Below, piece by piece: positions 27,927 to 37,434 of a stretch of DNA of 64,000 nucleotides. The notes beneath the pieces were generated by a model, which saw only the letters and a list, made by a program, of their open reading frames with translations, was not told the origin of the DNA and made no database searches. Origin of the DNA: an uncultured Bacteroidota bacterium (GTDB lineage Bacteria > Bacteroidota > Bacteroidia > Flavobacteriales > Flavobacteriaceae). The stretch lies in contig CAIOTL010000063.1 of the NCBI GenBank assembly GCA_903861155.1, positions 2,536 through 66,535 of the forward strand, given 5' to 3'. How positions within the stretch are numbered: the first letter of the stretch is position 1; each line of letters opens with the position of its first letter. The position numbers and the translations under genes are program-made.

Positions 27927-28097
27927 TCAATTATCGTTCAAAGGAAGTTGGCTCATTTCGTCAATTTTTTCTTTTTTATACGAAAAAACCCAAACACCAA
28001 GTCCTACAAAAAAAACAAAGAAAATCAATAAAGCCGTTATTGGATAAGTCTCGATTCCTTCGATTGTTTCCAAATTGTGTTTGATTTGTTCGAACAT
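27927..28097 (-). CDS. ccoQ: cbb3-type oxidase subunit CcoQ (56 aa, not in ORF track)
   Basis: MFEQIKHNLETIEGIETYPITALLIFFVFFVGLGVWVFSYKKEKIDEMSQLPLNDN; single TM, located between ccoNO and ccoP. Confidence 0.85.
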   Translation of the reverse strand: MFEQIKHNLETIEGIETYPITALLIFFVFFVGLGVWVFSYKKEKIDEMSQLPLNDN

Positions 28098-28102
28098 AAT
28101 TA

Positions 28103-30292
28103 CTATTTATTAGAGTTATCTTTTACTTTAATATCGGTTCCCAATCGCTGGATATAAGCAATTAGCGCCACGATTTCTCTTTCGTTCATCGGAACAAATT
28201 TCTCGCCTCTAGCTTCTGCTTTTTTCTTGCTGTCACTATAACTTTTCACGAAGTCGGGATCATTTTTAAGGCTTTCCTCGATTTTCATTGCTTGCGCCCT
28301 CAAATCTTTTGGCCCATTTGCAATCTGTTCATTCGTATAAGGAACCCCAAGGGTTTGCATCGCTTTCATTTTCTTTTCTGTCAATGAAATATCCATTGGT
28401 TCATTGGCAAATAACCATTTATAAGACGGCATCAAAGAACCTGCCGAAATACTTTGCGGACTCCAGAAGTGGTTAAAATGCCAATTGTTATTGTATTTCC
28501 CCCCTTCCCTCTCTAAATCTGGACCAGTTCGTTTAGAACCCCAAAGGAAAGGGTGGTCATAAACAAACTCTCCAGCTTTGGCTTGTGGTCCATAACGTTC
28601 TACTTCGCTTCGAAAAGGACGAACAGATTGAGAGTGACAACCCACGCAACCTTCGCGAATATATAAATCGCGACCTTGTAATTCAAGTGGGGAATATGGT
28701 TTTACACTGGCAATTGTAGGGATATTTGATTTTATCATAATCGTTGGAACAATTTGAACGATTCCACCAATCAAGATGGCAATCACGGCAAAAATTGTCA
28801 ATTGAATTGGTTTTCTTTCTAACCAGGCGTGGTATTTTTCACCTTTGATTCTTCCCGCGCTAATTTTTACCAATGCTGGTGCTTCGGCTAATTCGTCTTC
28901 GATTGTAGAACCTGTCCTTACGGTTTGGATAATGTTATAAACCAATGTCAACATTCCTGTAAGGTAAAGCACGCCACCAAAAGCTCTCATCCAATACATT
29001 GGCATAATTTGAGTCACGGTTTCGAGGAAATTTCCATATGTCAAGGTTCCATCAGGATTGAATTGTTTCCACATAGAAGCCTGAGTAAATCCGGCAACAT
29101 ACATTGGAATCGTATAAAATATAATTCCCAAAGTTCCAATCCAGAAGTGAAAATTGGCTAATTTAATGGAATACAAAGTGCTTTTGGTCATCCTTGGTAT
29201 TAACCAATAAATAATACCAAATGACATAAATCCATTCCAGGCCAAAGCACCAACGTGAACATGGGCAATAATCCAATCCGTATAATGTGCGATGGCATTT
29301 ACGCTTTTAAGGGATAGCATTGGACCTTCGAAAGTTGCCATTCCGTAACCAGTAATTGCAACGACGAAGAATTTTAATACCGGATCAACACGCACTTTAT
29401 CCCAAACACCTCTTAAGGTCAATAATCCGTTTATCATTCCTCCCCAAGACGGTGCAATCAACATTATCGAAAATGCAACTCCTAAATTCTGCGCCCAGTT
29501 TGGTAATGCTGAATACAATAAATGGTGAGGTCCAGCCCAAATATATAAGAATATTAACGACCAAAAGTGAACAATTGACAATCGATACGAATAAACGGGA
29601 CGATTGGCAGCTTTTGGAACAAAATAATACATCAATCCCAAGAATGGCGTGGTCAAGAAAAAGGCAACCGCATTATGGCCATACCACCACTGCACCAAAG
29701 CATCCTGAACTCCTGCGTAAACTGAATAACTTTTCATAGCCGAAACTGGCAACTCCAAGCTGTTGAAAATATGTAAAACTGCCACGGTCACGAAAGTGGC
29801 AATGTAAAACCAAATCGCAACATATAAATGGCGTTCTCGTCTTTTGAGAATTGTACCAATCATATTGATCCCCATAACAACCCAAATTAATGCAATGGCA
29901 ATATCAATAGGCCATTCTAATTCAGCATATTCTTTTGAAGTGGTGTAACCTAAGGGCAACGAAACGGCTGCCGCAACAATAATTAACTGCCAACCCCAAA
30001 AATGAAGGTTACTTAAAAAATCATTATACATTCTTGCTTTAAGAAGACGCTGCAACGAATAATACATTCCTGCAAAAAAAGCATTTCCCACAAAGGCAAA
30101 AATTACTGCATTGGTATGTAAAGGTCTCAATCTACCATAGCTTAACCACGAAATTCCGTCGGTCATATTTGGGAAAAGAAACATCAAGGCCAAAACAAGC
30201 CCTACTAACATTCCCACAACACCGAAAACGATGGTTGCGAAAATGAATTTCTTTACAATTTTGTTGTCATAATAAAATTGTTGCATTTCCAT
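28103..30292 (-). CDS. ccoN: Fused cbb3-type cytochrome c oxidase subunits I/II (CcoNO)
   Basis: RLRPLHTN, QWWYGHN, WAGPHHL, HVHVG; C-terminal CcoO domain with EGCVGCH and WGSKRTGPDL. Confidence 0.97.
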   Translation of the reverse strand: MEMQQFYYDNKIVKKFIFATIVFGVVGMLVGLVLALMFLFPNMTDGISWLSYGRLRPLHTNAVIFAFVGNAFFAGMYYSLQRLLKARMYNDFLSNLHFWGWQLIIVAAAVSLPLGYTTSKEYAELEWPIDIAIALIWVVMGINMIGTILKRRERHLYVAIWFYIATFVTVAVLHIFNSLELPVSAMKSYSVYAGVQDALVQWWYGHNAVAFFLTTPFLGLMYYFVPKAANRPVYSYRLSIVHFWSLIFLYIWAGPHHLLYSALPNWAQNLGVAFSIMLIAPSWGGMINGLLTLRGVWDKVRVDPVLKFFVVAITGYGMATFEGPMLSLKSVNAIAHYTDWIIAHVHVGALAWNGFMSFGIIYWLIPRMTKSTLYSIKLANFHFWIGTLGIIFYTIPMYVAGFTQASMWKQFNPDGTLTYGNFLETVTQIMPMYWMRAFGGVLYLTGMLTLVYNIIQTVRTGSTIEDELAEAPALVKISAGRIKGEKYHAWLERKPIQLTIFAVIAILIGGIVQIVPTIMIKSNIPTIASVKPYSPLELQGRDLYIREGCVGCHSQSVRPFRSEVERYGPQAKAGEFVYDHPFLWGSKRTGPDLEREGGKYNNNWHFNHFWSPQSISAGSLMPSYKWLFANEPMDISLTEKKMKAMQTLGVPYTNEQIANGPKDLRAQAMKIEESLKNDPDFVKSYSDSKKKAEARGEKFVPMNEREIVALIAYIQRLGTDIKVKDNSNK

Positions 30293-30294
30293 AA

Positions 30295-30489
30295 TTAAAT
30301 TTGTTTTTCTTTGGTTATTTGTTTGGTTTTTGATTTTTCTTTTATGACGAGTTCATCGTCAAAAAGCATCCTGACGGAAGGAGTGTAATCATCGTCATAT
30401 TGACCTGTTTTTACCGCTCTGATAAAAGCAATAAAAAAAACAATAGCGACTAGAATACTTATGGATATTAGTAAATATATAACACTCAT
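30295..30489 (-). CDS. ccoS: cbb3 oxidase assembly protein CcoS
   Basis: TM segment followed by AVKTGQYDD. Confidence 0.92.
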   Translation of the reverse strand: MSVIYLLISISILVAIVFFIAFIRAVKTGQYDDDYTPSVRMLFDDELVIKEKSKTKQITKEKQI

Positions 30490-30536
30490 ACTTTATAGTT
30501 TAAGTTTACAAAAATACTTTAGTAGTTTTTTTTAAA

Positions 30537-30554
30537 ATATGACAATTGTCATAT
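30537..30554. promoter_or_regulatory. FNR-like palindrome upstream of the ccoS-NO-Q-P operon
   Basis: Perfect 18-bp ATATGAC-AATT-GTCATAT, centred 29.5 bp from a minus-strand TATTTTTG box (30509-30516). Confidence 0.8.
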
Positions 30555-30590
30555 TTATTTATTTTCGTTAAAAATAAGAAAATTTATTGT

Positions 30591-32987
30591 CTATTTAACA
30601 ATTATAATCTTATTTAATCTTCGGGCATAAAAATTACTCATTACTGTTACAAAACTGACAATCGTGACCGTGCTCAAAGGCATAATGATTGCCGCAATTA
30701 ATGGCAAAAGGTTTCCCGTAATGGCAAATGATAGCCCCACAACATTATACAACAACGACAACATAAAACTCATTTTAATAGTCGCTATGGCTTTTTGGGA
30801 CAGTTTTAAGAAGTAATCCAACCTTTTAAATTCGCTTGCGTCAAGAATGGCGTCGCAAGCCGGCGAAAAAACATTCACGTTTTCCGAAATTGAAATCCCA
30901 ATGTTGCTTTGCGCCAAAGCCCCGGCATCGTTCAATCCATCGCCTACCATCATTACGTTTTTGCCTTCCAATTGCAATTTTTTGATGAATTCCAGTTTTT
31001 CTTCTGGTTTTTGATTGAAAATCAATTCGGTTCCCTTAGGCAAAATACTTTCCAAAGTTTCGCGTTCGCCTTCATTATCACCAGACAAAACTTTGATTTG
31101 ATAATTGGCATTTAATTTCTCTAAAAGTTCTCCTAATCCGTCTCTGTATTGATTATTGAAAATGTATTTTCCGAAATAAACCTCGTTAATTTTGATATGA
31201 ACTGAAGTTTGTTGAATGTTCTTCTCTTCTGATTTTCCAATGAAATCTGCCGAACCAACATGAACCAAGATTCCATCAATATCTGCTTGAATTCCTTTTC
31301 CAGTAATTTCTTGAAAATCGTCTAATTTAAATCGCTTACCTTCCGGCAAAAAATCATACAACATTCTGCTTAACGGATGATTCGAAGCACGAAGAACATT
31401 TCTTATAATTACCAAATTATCCTCCGGAATCATTATTCCTTCATAAGAAATATTCGATTTTTTATTTGTAGTAATCGTTCCTGTTTTATCGAAAACTATA
31501 GTATCCACTTTGGCCAATTGTTCTATGACCAAGGCATTTTTGAGATAGAATTTTTTCTTTCCCAAAATTCTCAAAATATTTCCAAAAGTAAATGGCGCCG
31601 TCAATGCCAATGCACACGGGCAAGCCACGATTAACACTGCCGTAAAAACATTGAAGGCGATATTGACGTCTATAAAAATCCAATAGCCAAATGCTCCAAA
31701 AGCAATCAGTAAAAGTATCGGCGTAAAATAACGGCTAATTTTGTCGGTAATGGTTTTATGTTTTTGCTCGACATTTTTCTGAAAAACGTCGTTGCTCCAT
31801 AATTGCGTCAAATAACTTTGGGAAACCGAGTACAAAACTTCCATTTCGATGACTTTCCCAATTTGTTTTCCGCCGGCAAAGACCTTGTCTCCTGATTTTT
31901 TGGTAATCGGAATGGCTTCACCGGTAACAAAACTATAGTCAATTTCGGCTTTTTCGGAAATTAAAATACCATCAACAGGAATCAATTCCTGGTTTCTGAT
32001 TAGTAATCTATCCCCTTTTTGAATGTCATAAATCGGCACACTTTCTTCAGAAGCATCACTGTTAATTCTGGTGATTGCAATTGGAAAATAAGACTTAAAA
32101 TCTCTTTCGAAACTCAAGAAACTATAGGTTTTTATTTGGAACATTTTACCCAAAAGCATAAAAAAAATCAAGCCAGTAAGGCTGTCAAAAAACCCGGATC
32201 CGTAGTCCATAAAAATATCGAAAGTACTTCGAACGAAGAAAATAATGATTCCCAATGCAATGGGAATATCGATATTCAACATTCCAGATTTGATGCTTTT
32301 ATAAGCAGAAAAGTAGTAATCGCTAGCCGAAAAGAAAAAACTTGGCAAAGCCAAAATAAAAATCAGCCAACGGAAAAATCCGCGATATTGGTCCAGCCAA
32401 AATTCCTTGACTTCGAAATATTCGGGAAATGAAAGCAACATAATATTACCGAAACAAAAGAATGCAACGCCCAGTTTGTAGGTCAAGCTCCTGTCGACAT
32501 TATTCTTGCCTGTTTCATAATTTTCTAAACTGATGTAAGGTTCATAACCAATGGAACTTAATAAATGAACAATAGTTTTGAGCGAAACAGTTTCCGGATT
32601 AAAGGTAATTCGGACTTTCTTTTCGGGAAAATTCACTTGTGAACTGCTTATTCCTTTCTGTAATTTTTGAAGATTTTCGAGAATCCAAATACACGAACTA
32701 CAGTGTATGTGCGGAATATTTAAGGAAACAATTGTCGTTGCATCACCTTGAAATTCCAAAAGTTTCGAAACGATACTTTCATTATCCAAGAAGTCATATT
32801 TGCCACTAATATCAAGCGGAGTTATCCCAGGAGATTTTTCGAAATCATAATAACAAGTCAAATCATTAAGACTAAAAATTTCGTACACGGTTTTGCAACC
32901 ATTGCAACAAAATTGCTTTTCGTCAAAAATTATTTGCTCCTCTTTTATAATGTCCAAGCCACAATGGAAACAGTTTTGGGCATCCAT
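30591..32987 (-). CDS. ccoI: Heavy-metal (Cu) translocating P1B ATPase CcoI/FixI
   Basis: CFHC..CCNGC, HCSSC, TGEA, CPC, DKTGT, MVGDGLNDA. Confidence 0.93.
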   Translation of the reverse strand: MDAQNCFHCGLDIIKEEQIIFDEKQFCCNGCKTVYEIFSLNDLTCYYDFEKSPGITPLDISGKYDFLDNESIVSKLLEFQGDATTIVSLNIPHIHCSSCIWILENLQKLQKGISSSQVNFPEKKVRITFNPETVSLKTIVHLLSSIGYEPYISLENYETGKNNVDRSLTYKLGVAFFCFGNIMLLSFPEYFEVKEFWLDQYRGFFRWLIFILALPSFFFSASDYYFSAYKSIKSGMLNIDIPIALGIIIFFVRSTFDIFMDYGSGFFDSLTGLIFFMLLGKMFQIKTYSFLSFERDFKSYFPIAITRINSDASEESVPIYDIQKGDRLLIRNQELIPVDGILISEKAEIDYSFVTGEAIPITKKSGDKVFAGGKQIGKVIEMEVLYSVSQSYLTQLWSNDVFQKNVEQKHKTITDKISRYFTPILLLIAFGAFGYWIFIDVNIAFNVFTAVLIVACPCALALTAPFTFGNILRILGKKKFYLKNALVIEQLAKVDTIVFDKTGTITTNKKSNISYEGIMIPEDNLVIIRNVLRASNHPLSRMLYDFLPEGKRFKLDDFQEITGKGIQADIDGILVHVGSADFIGKSEEKNIQQTSVHIKINEVYFGKYIFNNQYRDGLGELLEKLNANYQIKVLSGDNEGERETLESILPKGTELIFNQKPEEKLEFIKKLQLEGKNVMMVGDGLNDAGALAQSNIGISISENVNVFSPACDAILDASEFKRLDYFLKLSQKAIATIKMSFMLSLLYNVVGLSFAITGNLLPLIAAIIMPLSTVTIVSFVTVMSNFYARRLNKIIIVK

Positions 32988-33036
32988 AAGTTCTCTCCTT
33001 TTATGGTGACAAATTTACTAACTGAACAAATTAAAA

Positions 33037-33054
33037 ATATGATAATTATCATAT
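33037..33054. promoter_or_regulatory. FNR-like palindrome between divergent ccoI and the Crp/Fnr gene
   Basis: Perfect ATATGAT-AATT-ATCATAT; -7 boxes on both sides (minus 33010-33017; plus 33054-33061 and 33062-33069). Confidence 0.8.
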
Positions 33055-33097
33055 AAATTTGTAGATTTGCATAAACTCAATCAATATTTTCTTTTTT

Positions 33098-33778
33098 ATG
33101 GGCAAATGTGAACAATGTATCGTGAGAGAATTCAGTTCTCTGAAAGCACTTAATAAGGAAGAACTAACCAGAATTGCCGAATGCAAAACTTCATATTCCA
33201 TCAAAAAAGGCGAACATATTTTTGAAGAAGGAGAAAGCATTAACGGGATATATTGCGTGAAAGGTGGAGTCTGCAAACTCTCCAAATTAAGCGCAAACGG
33301 AAAAGACCAAATTGTAAAGTTAGTTAAATCAGGAGAATTACTCGGCCAACGTTCTATGATTAGTGGTGAACCCGCCAATTTAAGCGCTGTGGCGCTTGAA
33401 GATATGGAAGTTTGTTTTATTCCCCGAAGTGAAGTGGTGGATTTGTTTGACAAAAACAACCAGTTTTCGATGAACCTAATGAAAACTATTTGTGGTGATT
33501 TAAAAGAAGTGAGTGACCACGTTGTTTCAATGTCCCAAAAAACAGTAAAAGAAAGATTAGCAGAAACACTTGTTTACCTCCATGAAACTTTCGGAAAAAA
33601 CGAGGATGGTTCGTTACGCATTCAGCTTTCTAGAGAAGAATTGGCAGGAATGATCGGAACAGCTACCGAAAGCTGCATCCGTTTATTATCCGATTTTAAT
33701 AAATTAGGTTTTATAGAATTAGCTGGTAAAAAAATTGTTGTTAAAGATATTGGCAAACTTAAACGAATTGCCGATTAA
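33098..33778 (+). CDS. Crp/Fnr family transcriptional regulator (FNR-like)
   Basis: N-terminal CEQC plus further Cys, cNMP-binding fold, C-terminal HTH SREELAGMIGTATESCIR. Confidence 0.92.
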   Translation: MGKCEQCIVREFSSLKALNKEELTRIAECKTSYSIKKGEHIFEEGESINGIYCVKGGVCKLSKLSANGKDQIVKLVKSGELLGQRSMISGEPANLSAVALEDMEVCFIPRSEVVDLFDKNNQFSMNLMKTICGDLKEVSDHVVSMSQKTVKERLAETLVYLHETFGKNEDGSLRIQLSREELAGMIGTATESCIRLLSDFNKLGFIELAGKKIVVKDIGKLKRIAD

Positions 33779-33842
33779 TTTCGTCAATTGCATTTTTTTG
33801 CTTAGTTCCAAAATTTGGTAATTGAAAATCAGATATTTTCAA

Positions 33843-34616
33843 TTACATTTTTTTCGCTTCGTTCCAAAAAACATCCATTTCGGCCAAAGTCATATCCATT
33901 AAAGGTTTTCCCAATTCGCCCGCTTTGCTTTCGAGATATTGAAATCTTTTGATGAATTTTTTATTGGTGCGTTCCAAGGCATCTTCGGGATTTATGTTCA
34001 GAAATCTGGCGTAATTGACCATCGAAAACAAAACATCTCCAAACTCGGCTTCCATTTTATCCTGATCCCCAGCTTCGACCTCAACTTGCAATTCCCCTAA
34101 TTCTTCCTGAACTTTATCCCAAACTTGCTGCGGCTCTTCCCAGTCGAAACCTACACCTTTCACCTTGTCTTGAATTCGACTGGCTTTTACCAATGCTGGC
34201 AAACTTCGTGGAACGCCTTCCAAAACCGACTTTTTACCTTCCTTAAGTTTCAGTTTTTCCCAGTTTTGTTTGACTTCTTCCTCGTCTTTCACCACTACGT
34301 CGCTATAAATATGTGGATGACGATGAATGAGTTTATCACAAATCTCGTTGCAAACGTCGGTAATGTCAAAATCGTTAGTTTCACTTCCAATTTTGGCATA
34401 AAAAACGATGTGCAAAAGCAAATCTCCCAATTCTTTCTTGACTTCATTCAAGTCATTATCTAAGATCGCATCGCCCAATTCATACGTTTCTTCGATGGTC
34501 AAATGGCGTAAACTCTGCAAGGTTTGCTTTTTATCCCAAGGACATTTTTCGCGCAAATCATCCATAATGTTCAATAATCGTTCGAAAGCTTGAAGTTGAG
34601 TCTGTTTGGAGTTCAT
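33843..34616 (-). CDS. mazG: Nucleoside triphosphate pyrophosphohydrolase MazG
   Basis: LREKCPWDKKQT, EETYE, ELGDLL, KLIHRHPH, EFGDVLFS. Confidence 0.96.
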   Translation of the reverse strand: MNSKQTQLQAFERLLNIMDDLREKCPWDKKQTLQSLRHLTIEETYELGDAILDNDLNEVKKELGDLLLHIVFYAKIGSETNDFDITDVCNEICDKLIHRHPHIYSDVVVKDEEEVKQNWEKLKLKEGKKSVLEGVPRSLPALVKASRIQDKVKGVGFDWEEPQQVWDKVQEELGELQVEVEAGDQDKMEAEFGDVLFSMVNYARFLNINPEDALERTNKKFIKRFQYLESKAGELGKPLMDMTLAEMDVFWNEAKKM

Positions 34617-34674
34617 AAGGTTTTGATTTATTTCATCAGTTCGACCTTTCGGTCTCGAGTTTGTAAAAATAATA

Positions 34675-34704
34675 AATCCTGCCTCAAAAAATCGAGGCAG
34701 GATT
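34675..34704 (-). terminator. Intrinsic terminator after the DUF5606-like gene
   Basis: AATCCTGCCTC-loop-GAGGCAGGATT, 11-bp stem. Confidence 0.75.
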
Positions 34705-34726
34705 AAAAATATATTTTAGAAAGGTA

Positions 34727-35218
34727 TTACTCTTTCTTGGCTTTTGCTTTTTTAGTTGGGGCTTTTGTCTTTTCAGCAACTACTTCCTCAACAACTTTCT
34801 CTAAAACTTCTTCTGCGTTATCGATTTTTGGCTCTTCTTTTGAAACCAATCCTTTCGCTTGAAGCAAATTATACCAGTTCATAACTTTCTTGATATCCGA
34901 AGGATACACTCTTTCCGAATCATATTCCGGAAGGATTTCCATAAAATAGGTGACAAGTTTAGTATTGTCTTCCTTGTGTGAAATTGCTGGTCCATTATCT
35001 TCTTTGATGGCAATATTTCGCATAACTTCGGTCAAAGGTTTTTCTTCGTTGATGGTATAAATAGAAATTTCCGATAATAAACTTACGTTAACTTTCAAAC
35101 CAACGGTGATTTTTTTTCCGTCAAGTAATGATTCGGCTATAAATCCCGTACGGGTCTGAACTTTTAATGCGTATAAACCTGGTTTTCCAGAAATAGATAA
35201 TATTTTTTCTAAATTCAT
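34727..35218 (-). CDS. Conserved Bacteroidota protein (DUF5606-like)
   Basis: ILSISGKPGLY, VSLLSEISIY and RVYPSDIKK..WYNLL motifs. Confidence 0.75.
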   Translation of the reverse strand: MNLEKILSISGKPGLYALKVQTRTGFIAESLLDGKKITVGLKVNVSLLSEISIYTINEEKPLTEVMRNIAIKEDNGPAISHKEDNTKLVTYFMEILPEYDSERVYPSDIKKVMNWYNLLQAKGLVSKEEPKIDNAEEVLEKVVEEVVAEKTKAPTKKAKAKKE

Positions 35219-35259
35219 TTTTAAATTTTATTTTTTAAATTGATAGTGTCATTGAACGT

Positions 35260-35847
35260 TTATCTTCCTTTTTTGTTGCAAAATTTCATTCGATAATCTG
35301 GTCTGGTCTTGCCATCCATAATGTTTTGCAATTTTTTCTTGATTAGTTTCTTCTTCAATGACGAAATCAAATCAGTAAACAAAATTCCTTCAATATGGTC
35401 GTATTCGTGTTGAATAACCCTTGCCACCAAGCCATCAAATACTTCCGTTTTAACATTAAAATCCTCGTCGCAATACTCAATTGTGATTTTTTCATTTCTA
35501 TAAACGTCTTCACGAACTTCGGGAATACTTAGACAACCTTCGTTAAAACTCCAGATTTCACCTTCTTCCTTCAACATTTTTGCGTTGATAAAAGTACGTT
35601 TGAAACCTTTTAATTGTTGTTGCTCTTCAATTGGCAAATCTTCATCATCGCTAAAAGGAGTTGTGTCAATCACGAATAAGCGAATGCTCATTCCTACTTG
35701 CGGCGCCGCAAGACCCACACCATAAGCATTGTACATCGTCTCGTACATATTGGCAATGGTTTCCTTCAAATCTGGGTGTTCTGAAGAAATCTCCTCACCC
35801 ATTTTTCTTAAAACAGGATCGCCATATCCTACAATTGGTAAAATCAT
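35260..35847 (-). CDS. def: Peptide deformylase
   Basis: GVGLAAPQVG, EGCLSIP, QHEYDH; promoter box TACTTTTG at 35926-35933. Confidence 0.97.
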   Translation of the reverse strand: MILPIVGYGDPVLRKMGEEISSEHPDLKETIANMYETMYNAYGVGLAAPQVGMSIRLFVIDTTPFSDDEDLPIEEQQQLKGFKRTFINAKMLKEEGEIWSFNEGCLSIPEVREDVYRNEKITIEYCDEDFNVKTEVFDGLVARVIQHEYDHIEGILFTDLISSLKKKLIKKKLQNIMDGKTRPDYRMKFCNKKGR

Positions 35848-35967
35848 TTTTTTAGTATTCAGTGTTTTGTAATTAGTTTTAGGAAATTTTCAAGAAGTTC
35901 CTTTCTGTCCAAAAAAATTAAAGCGCAAAAGTAATAAAATTTTTTAGGAAACGAGAATTAGGAGATA

Positions 35968-36384
35968 TTAAAACATTTTCCGAGCCAAATAATCCTGTAG
36001 CATTATAGTTGCTGATATTTCGTCGATAAGTGCTTTGTTCTGGCGTTGTTTCTTTTTCAATCCGCTATCAATCATGGTTTGGAAAGCCATTTTAGAGGTA
36101 AAACGCTCATCAACTCGAATGACTTTCATCTCAGGAAAATGATTGGTAAAATGAGTCACAAACCCTTTGATAACAGAAGCGCTTTCCGAAGGTTGGCCAT
36201 TCATTTGTTTGGGTTCGCCAATGAGAACTACTTCTACCTTTTCTTTGGAAAAATAGGCTGCCAAAAAAGCAATTGCAGTTACAGATGGAATGGTTGTCAA
36301 ACCTGAAGCAATGATTTGCAATTCATCGGTAACGGCTATTCCTGTTCTTTTTTGTCCGTAATCTATGGCGAGGATTCTTGGCAT
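35968..36384 (-). CDS. ruvX: Holliday junction resolvase-like / pre-16S rRNA nuclease YqgF
   Basis: LAIDYGQKRTGIA, DERFTS, DEISATIMLQ. Confidence 0.95.
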   Translation of the reverse strand: MPRILAIDYGQKRTGIAVTDELQIIASGLTTIPSVTAIAFLAAYFSKEKVEVVLIGEPKQMNGQPSESASVIKGFVTHFTNHFPEMKVIRVDERFTSKMAFQTMIDSGLKKKQRQNKALIDEISATIMLQDYLARKMF

Positions 36385-36600
36385 TTTTAAATTTATTTTA
36401 CAAAGATAGACAAGAAATCAAAAAAAATAGCAACAGTAAAGAATTGTCGCAATTTTAACATTGAACAATCAATCTTTAAAATCTTGGAATGTCAAAAAAT
36501 GAGAATCAATTTATTAAACAAAAAAAGTAAATATGTTAGTATTGCTAATTACAAAGTTGTTTTCAAAAAAATCCAATTATATTTGCTGAAAATTTAAACA

Positions 36601-37416
36601 ATGAACGAATTACAATCCATCATAGAACAAGCTTGGGAAAACCGTGCTTTGTTACAGGAAACTATTACAACAACAGCAATTAGAGAAGTTATAGAATTAT
36701 TAGATTCAGGAAAATTACGTGTTGCTGAACCTAAAGGAGATTCTTGGCAAGTAAACGAATGGGTAAAAAAAGCCGTGGTTATGTATTTCCCTATTCAAAA
36801 AATGGAAACATTAGAGGCTGGAATTTTCGAATACAACGACAAAATGCTACTTAAAAGAGATTATGCTGAAAAAGGAGTTCGCGTAGTTCCTGGAGCATCT
36901 GCCCGTTATGGAGCTTATATTTCCAGTGGCGTAATTATGATGCCAAGTTATGTAAACATTGGCGCCTATGTAGATGAAGGAACGATGGTAGACACCTGGG
37001 CAACCGTTGGAAGTTGTGCACAAGTTGGGAAAAATGTCCATCTTTCTGGAGGTGTAGGAATTGGAGGAGTGCTTGAACCTTTGCAAGCAGCACCTGTAAT
37101 TATAGAAGATGGCGCATTTATAGGATCACGTTGCATCATTGTCGAAGGGGTACACGTAGGCAAAGAAGCTGTTCTTGGCGCCAATGTTTGTTTAACTGCA
37201 TCTACTAAAATCATTGATGTGACTGGTGAAACTCCGGTGGAAAGAAAAGGTTTTGTTCCCGCTCGTTCTGTGGTGATTCCAGGAAGTTATACCAAAAAAT
37301 TTGCAGCTGGAGATTTCCAAGTTCCTTGTGCTTTAATCATTGGAACACGCAAACCATCGACCGATTTGAAAACGTCTTTGAACAATGCGTTAAGAGAATA
37401 TGATGTGGCGGTTTAA
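36601..37416 (+). CDS. dapD: Tetrahydrodipicolinate N-succinyltransferase
   Basis: WQVNEWVKKAV, MPSYVNIGAYVD.GTMVDTWATVGSCAQ, GIGGVLEP; promoter box TATATTTG at 36578-36585. Confidence 0.97.
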   Translation: MNELQSIIEQAWENRALLQETITTTAIREVIELLDSGKLRVAEPKGDSWQVNEWVKKAVVMYFPIQKMETLEAGIFEYNDKMLLKRDYAEKGVRVVPGASARYGAYISSGVIMMPSYVNIGAYVDEGTMVDTWATVGSCAQVGKNVHLSGGVGIGGVLEPLQAAPVIIEDGAFIGSRCIIVEGVHVGKEAVLGANVCLTASTKIIDVTGETPVERKGFVPARSVVIPGSYTKKFAAGDFQVPCALIIGTRKPSTDLKTSLNNALREYDVAV

Positions 37417-37434
37417 ACATATAGCATCAAATTA

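Noticed and set aside
34633-34658. Hammerhead-like words CUGAUGA, GAAA and GUC on the minus strand
   Set aside because: Spacing leaves no room for stems I and III (1 nt between GAAA and GUC, 3 nt before CUGAUGA)
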